From the NCBI GenBank assembly GCA_965216565.1, contig OZ244170.1:96001-160000 (forward strand): 64,000 nucleotides of DNA. The letters run 5' to 3'. This document shows, in pieces, positions 60,518-64,000 of the stretch. Both the position numbers and the translations under genes were made by a program. The DNA is from Bythopirellula sp. Lineage in GTDB: Bacteria; Planctomycetota; Planctomycetia; Pirellulales; Lacipirellulaceae. The notes below the pieces were generated by a model. It was given only the letters and a program-made list of their open reading frames with translations. It was not told the DNA's origin and searched no databases. Every line of letters begins with the position of its first letter. The first letter of the stretch is position 1.

Positions 60518-63500
60518 TTAAGCAAACCGCCACTCGGCAGTCTCTTCGAAGGCACTTTCCATGCCATCGACTTCTTGACCATCTCCGTCAGGCTGCCCGA
60601 ACGGCAACTGGTGGAACTTGTGGTCGAGACGGTCGAAAAGTCCATCCACGACCCTTTCCGCGGCATCTTCCAGAGCAGGAAGAATCTCGCCTTCCAGGCT
60701 CTCAAACCGATTCGAGTTCTCTAGCAAATGGCTTTCCAGACGCGTGGCCAGAGAACCAAAGTGGTGGTTACGATCCAACCGATGGTAGCCAGCAAACACG
60801 TCTTCCAGCCGGCTAGCAACGAAGCTGAGTAGGCTATTATTACCTGCCGTCGAAATTACGGAGGACTCGAGTGCCGCACTGTTCGAGAGATCTCCAGTAA
60901 CTGAAGGTCGCAGGTTGTCGGCTGTGTTATTCAACTCTGGGGCCTTGGCTGCGAAACTCGCAGCGCCATTGCCCGAACCGACTGATTGCGAATACACATC
61001 GCCATAAGACTGTTGCCAGGCAGCCAGGTCTGCACCGTTAACGTCTCCGTCGTAGTTCCCATCGCCATCAGCAAGTGTAGCGGTCTCCAGGGTCCCAGCT
61101 CCTGTTTGCCAAGCCAAGAAATCCAAACCACTTACCATGCCGTCCTGATCGAAGTCTGCATAACCTGGTACTGTGATCGCGGCTGTTCCCGAGCCTGGAT
61201 CGCTGTTTTCACCGTATTGAAGTTCCCAGTGAACCATGTCGATTCTATCGACCGCTCCATCGCTGTTCGCGTCACCCTCGGAAACTGACGCACCACTAGC
61301 CATTCCAGCATTCAATTGCCAGTTAAGGAAATCGAGGCCAGTCACCATGCCGTCACCGTCAGAGTCGGCATTGGCGACGAGTGGTGCGGATTCGACGACC
61401 ACGGCGTCAAAGACATAATCTTCGACTTCACCGAGAAGCGCAGGTCCGACTGATCCCAAACCTGCCTCGCCATAGCGGACCCGAGTATAGACTCGAGCAC
61501 CATTGATCGTGGGTATGTCAAAGTTGACATTGCTCGTCCCAAGGGGAAGGAGCTTATTGACTACAACTTGTTCGGCAGAACTGAAGCTACCGTCATTGTC
61601 GAAGTCCATCCATACTTGAAGGAAACCGCTGCTACGGCTGGCGGTCACTTGGAAAGTACCCTGAGTATTGGAGTTCAGAAGTCCAGATAGCAGGACCACG
61701 CCGTCTTCGTCATTCACAAAGTTGGAGTCGTCGCCATCAGCATCGCTACCCGCAACTCCATCGGACTCGGTATCGATGAGCGAACCGAGGAAGTAAGAAC
61801 CACTTGTATGCCGTGCGCCGTTACTTGCCAGGGTGGTGCCATAAGTGTCTGGTAGATCGCCAAAGTCAAGATTTCCACTAGGTCCACCATTACCACCTCC
61901 GCCACCAGTGACACCAAAGTCGGTGTCGTTTGCTGTTCCGCCGGAAGTAATAGTCACTTGCTGGGGGAGTCCAAACGAGGGTGAGGTCTGTAAGATGCCC
62001 GAGTTGGGTGCTAGATCGAGTCGCAGAATATAGTTGCCGTCTGCGAGCCCCGAGAACGAATAGGAGCCGTTGCTGTTCGTTTGGGTAACAACATCGTTGG
62101 CATCTATTGCACCACTGTTGTTCATGTCGACGTAGACTGTCAGATTTTGGACACCCACATCGCCAGGATCTCGCGTTCCGTCTTCTTCAACATCGTTGAA
62201 GACCGTACCCAGAATAACGCCTGACAATGCTGAGCCATCGCCACTGGTTACTCCCGCCGGCGGCATGACATAGAAGTCAACGTTGTCGAATGTGTCGCCT
62301 TGCTGGGTGAAAAAGGACTGAAACCCGTCGACGGGGTTGGTGGTAGTCCACTGAGCAGGGGGCCGTATGCCCACATTGATGACAGTAGTCTCTGTGAATT
62401 GAGGTACCGTTAATGAGTAGTTGCCATCAATGTCCGTTGTGGTAAGGATCTCTCCGGCATCGTACTGGCCGTTCCGATTCACATCGCCAAATACGCCAAT
62501 TCCTTCCACGGCAACATCGTCACTGTTGAAGAGTCCGTCGCCATCGGTGTCGGCGATGATGGTTCCAGTAAAGCTCACTTCTGGAGCAGCAGGAGCCCCG
62601 GGATCGAGCAGGAAGTTGATGTTTTGCATCCCATAGGTAATTGCAGTATTGGTACCATCGAGGAAAGCGAAAGGTGCGCCGGTGTCTTGGTTAATCGGAA
62701 CTTCGTTTATCGGTGTTCCAAAAGCGTCGACGCCGACTTGTTCATAATCCCATACTTGGAAATAATCCGACGAGATGGCCCACTCGGTCTGATATTCGGG
62801 AAGAAAACCGCTGGGGGTCAATGAATCGTCGATCGGCGTAAATCCGCCTAATGACAGCGGATCGATCGAGATGATGTAATCGTTTGGCACGAGGTCGAAG
62901 TAATAGTTACCGTCGTAGCCGGTGACAAATTGATCAACCAGGATATCGGAACCATCTAGGATGCCATTGGAATTGACGTCGCGATGGGCGAAGACTGTCA
63001 CATTCGATCCCATGGATTCGTGATTAGGATCGATGATGTTTTGGACTTCGCCAAGTCGTAGAGCGGGGTCAAGATCGATTTGAGAGATCTGTTGAATGAC
63101 CCGGCTATAGTTGAAAAGATCGTCTTGGTTATCATCGACACCAATGAGACCCTGGACACGTTCGGTGTTGGCATTTATGGGGCTGCCATGCCAAGTGATT
63201 TCAAAGTCCGTAATGTCCGTAGCAACTGGGCTATAATTTTCCATATAAACTTGCCAGCCCTGCGTGAGCAGGTCACCAGCGAACGGCTGACCAGCGTTAA
63301 ACCGATTTCCACCAATGCCGAAGGGATCGATGACGGGCTCGGCAGTGGTTGGATCAAAAATAATCGCGTCGTCGGATCGCTCGCCCCAACTTCGGTTAGT
63401 ACTGTAAGTGAGCGTGTTACCACCCGTACCTACTGAACCGGCATCCAGGAAGTCGGGAATGTTGCTCGAAACCCCGTTCAAGCCGTTGGCCGTGATTCCG

Positions 63501-64000
63501 AAGGCCTGATGAATGTTTTCATTGACATCAAACGATGGATCTACGAAGTAGGGGTTTAACTCTGAGTGTGTGCCGTTTGGCGAAACAAGTACCACGCGAA
63601 CGTTGTCCATAAACTCCGTGACATCACCGCTAGTTGTAAAGGACAACTCGATTGTTTCGATAGTCATGTCGTTCGGACTGGTGACCGTCAACTCCAGGGG
63701 TGCACCACGTTCAAAAAATCCCTGTGTGAAATCGGGGTCGTCTACCAAATACTCGTCCCAGTAAGCGCCGAATCCTGGGTCTCCACCGAGCCCTCCAGGG
63801 ATGATTAGATCCGTGGTACCACCTCCTAAGAGATCATTAACTACTTCTGCAGCCGGCAGGCTGATAGCTCTGTTGAACCCGACAGCCGTGGTGAAGCTCA
63901 ACTCATCTGGAAGACCTTGATCCTTGGTATGCCATTGCTGTGCCATTAGCACAGCCATCTCAGCATCGACCACGCCGTGTGCAAAACCAGTTTGATCGCC
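60518..64000 (-). CDS. Large secreted multidomain protein, 5'-truncated (subtilase C-terminus/P-domain, SdrD-B-like, GEVED, dockerin-like)
   Basis: Frame open to window edge; GFAHGVVDAEMAV, LVSPNGT, VYVDMNNSG..D..TQTNSNGSYSF, DFGDLP..GEVEDY, two ADxDxDGxVxGLDFLxWQ motifs. Confidence 0.82.
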   Translation of the reverse strand, partial: GDQTGFAHGVVDAEMAVLMAQQWHTKDQGLPDELSFTTAVGFNRAISLPAAEVVNDLLGGGTTDLIIPGGLGGDPGFGAYWDEYLVDDPDFTQGFFERGAPLELTVTSPNDMTIETIELSFTTSGDVTEFMDNVRVVLVSPNGTHSELNPYFVDPSFDVNENIHQAFGITANGLNGVSSNIPDFLDAGSVGTGGNTLTYSTNRSWGERSDDAIIFDPTTAEPVIDPFGIGGNRFNAGQPFAGDLLTQGWQVYMENYSPVATDITDFEITWHGSPINANTERVQGLIGVDDNQDDLFNYSRVIQQISQIDLDPALRLGEVQNIIDPNHESMGSNVTVFAHRDVNSNGILDGSDILVDQFVTGYDGNYYFDLVPNDYIISIDPLSLGGFTPIDDSLTPSGFLPEYQTEWAISSDYFQVWDYEQVGVDAFGTPINEVPINQDTGAPFAFLDGTNTAITYGMQNINFLLDPGAPAAPEVSFTGTIIADTDGDGLFNSDDVAVEGIGVFGDVNRNGQYDAGEILTTTDIDGNYSLTVPQFTETTVINVGIRPPAQWTTTNPVDGFQSFFTQQGDTFDNVDFYVMPPAGVTSGDGSALSGVILGTVFNDVEEDGTRDPGDVGVQNLTVYVDMNNSGAIDANDVVTQTNSNGSYSFSGLADGNYILRLDLAPNSGILQTSPSFGLPQQVTITSGGTANDTDFGVTGGGGGNGGPSGNLDFGDLPDTYGTTLASNGARHTSGSYFLGSLIDTESDGVAGSDADGDDSNFVNDEDGVVLLSGLLNSNTQGTFQVTASRSSGFLQVWMDFDNDGSFSSAEQVVVNKLLPLGTSNVNFDIPTINGARVYTRVRYGEAGLGSVGPALLGEVEDYVFDAVVVESAPLVANADSDGDGMVTGLDFLNWQLNAGMASGASVSEGDANSDGAVDRIDMVHWELQYGENSDPGSGTAAITVPGYADFDQDGMVSGLDFLAWQTGAGTLETATLADGDGNYDGDVNGADLAAWQQSYGDVYSQSVGSGNGAASFAAKAPELNNTADNLRPSVTGDLSNSAALESSVISTAGNNSLLSFVASRLEDVFAGYHRLDRNHHFGSLATRLESHLLENSNRFESLEGEILPALEDAAERVVDGLFDRLDHKFHQLPFGQPDGDGQEVDGMESAFEETAEWRFA

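Overview
Chromosomal window from a planctomycete, most likely Pirellulales/Lacipirellulaceae-like (inferred from a DUF1559 gene, PEP-CTERM proteins with ADFDxDGxVDGxDFLxWQ dockerin-like motifs, YHS-like repeats and an ffh with a basic tail). The left half mixes housekeeping and accessory genes: ffh, thermonuclease, an HNH nuclease preceded by a ~260-nt highly structured non-coding leader, ferredoxin, ECF sigma factor, OB-fold/EEP nuclease, tRNA-Arg(CCT), sdaA bracketed by diverged ~200-bp direct repeats, SDR plus LarA-family epimerase, leuB, miaE, Crp regulator, pyrC, corA, an MscS channel and a surface-anchored GH57. The right half holds an 18-kb type IV filament locus (pilB-pilT-pilB-pilC, four large prepilin-like genes and a 2073-aa PilX/GspK-like protein), a cold-shock gene and the 3' part of a large subtilase-type surface protein. 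Several REP/MITE-like families and heptamer arrays are present, and some lie in frame inside prepilin leader peptides. No CRISPR array, integrase or transposase was seen. The best novelty candidates are the structured RNA plus PLMP-like HNH gene, the repeat-built prepilin leaders, and the giant minor-pilin cassette. All product calls come from motif recognition by eye, not from database searches.
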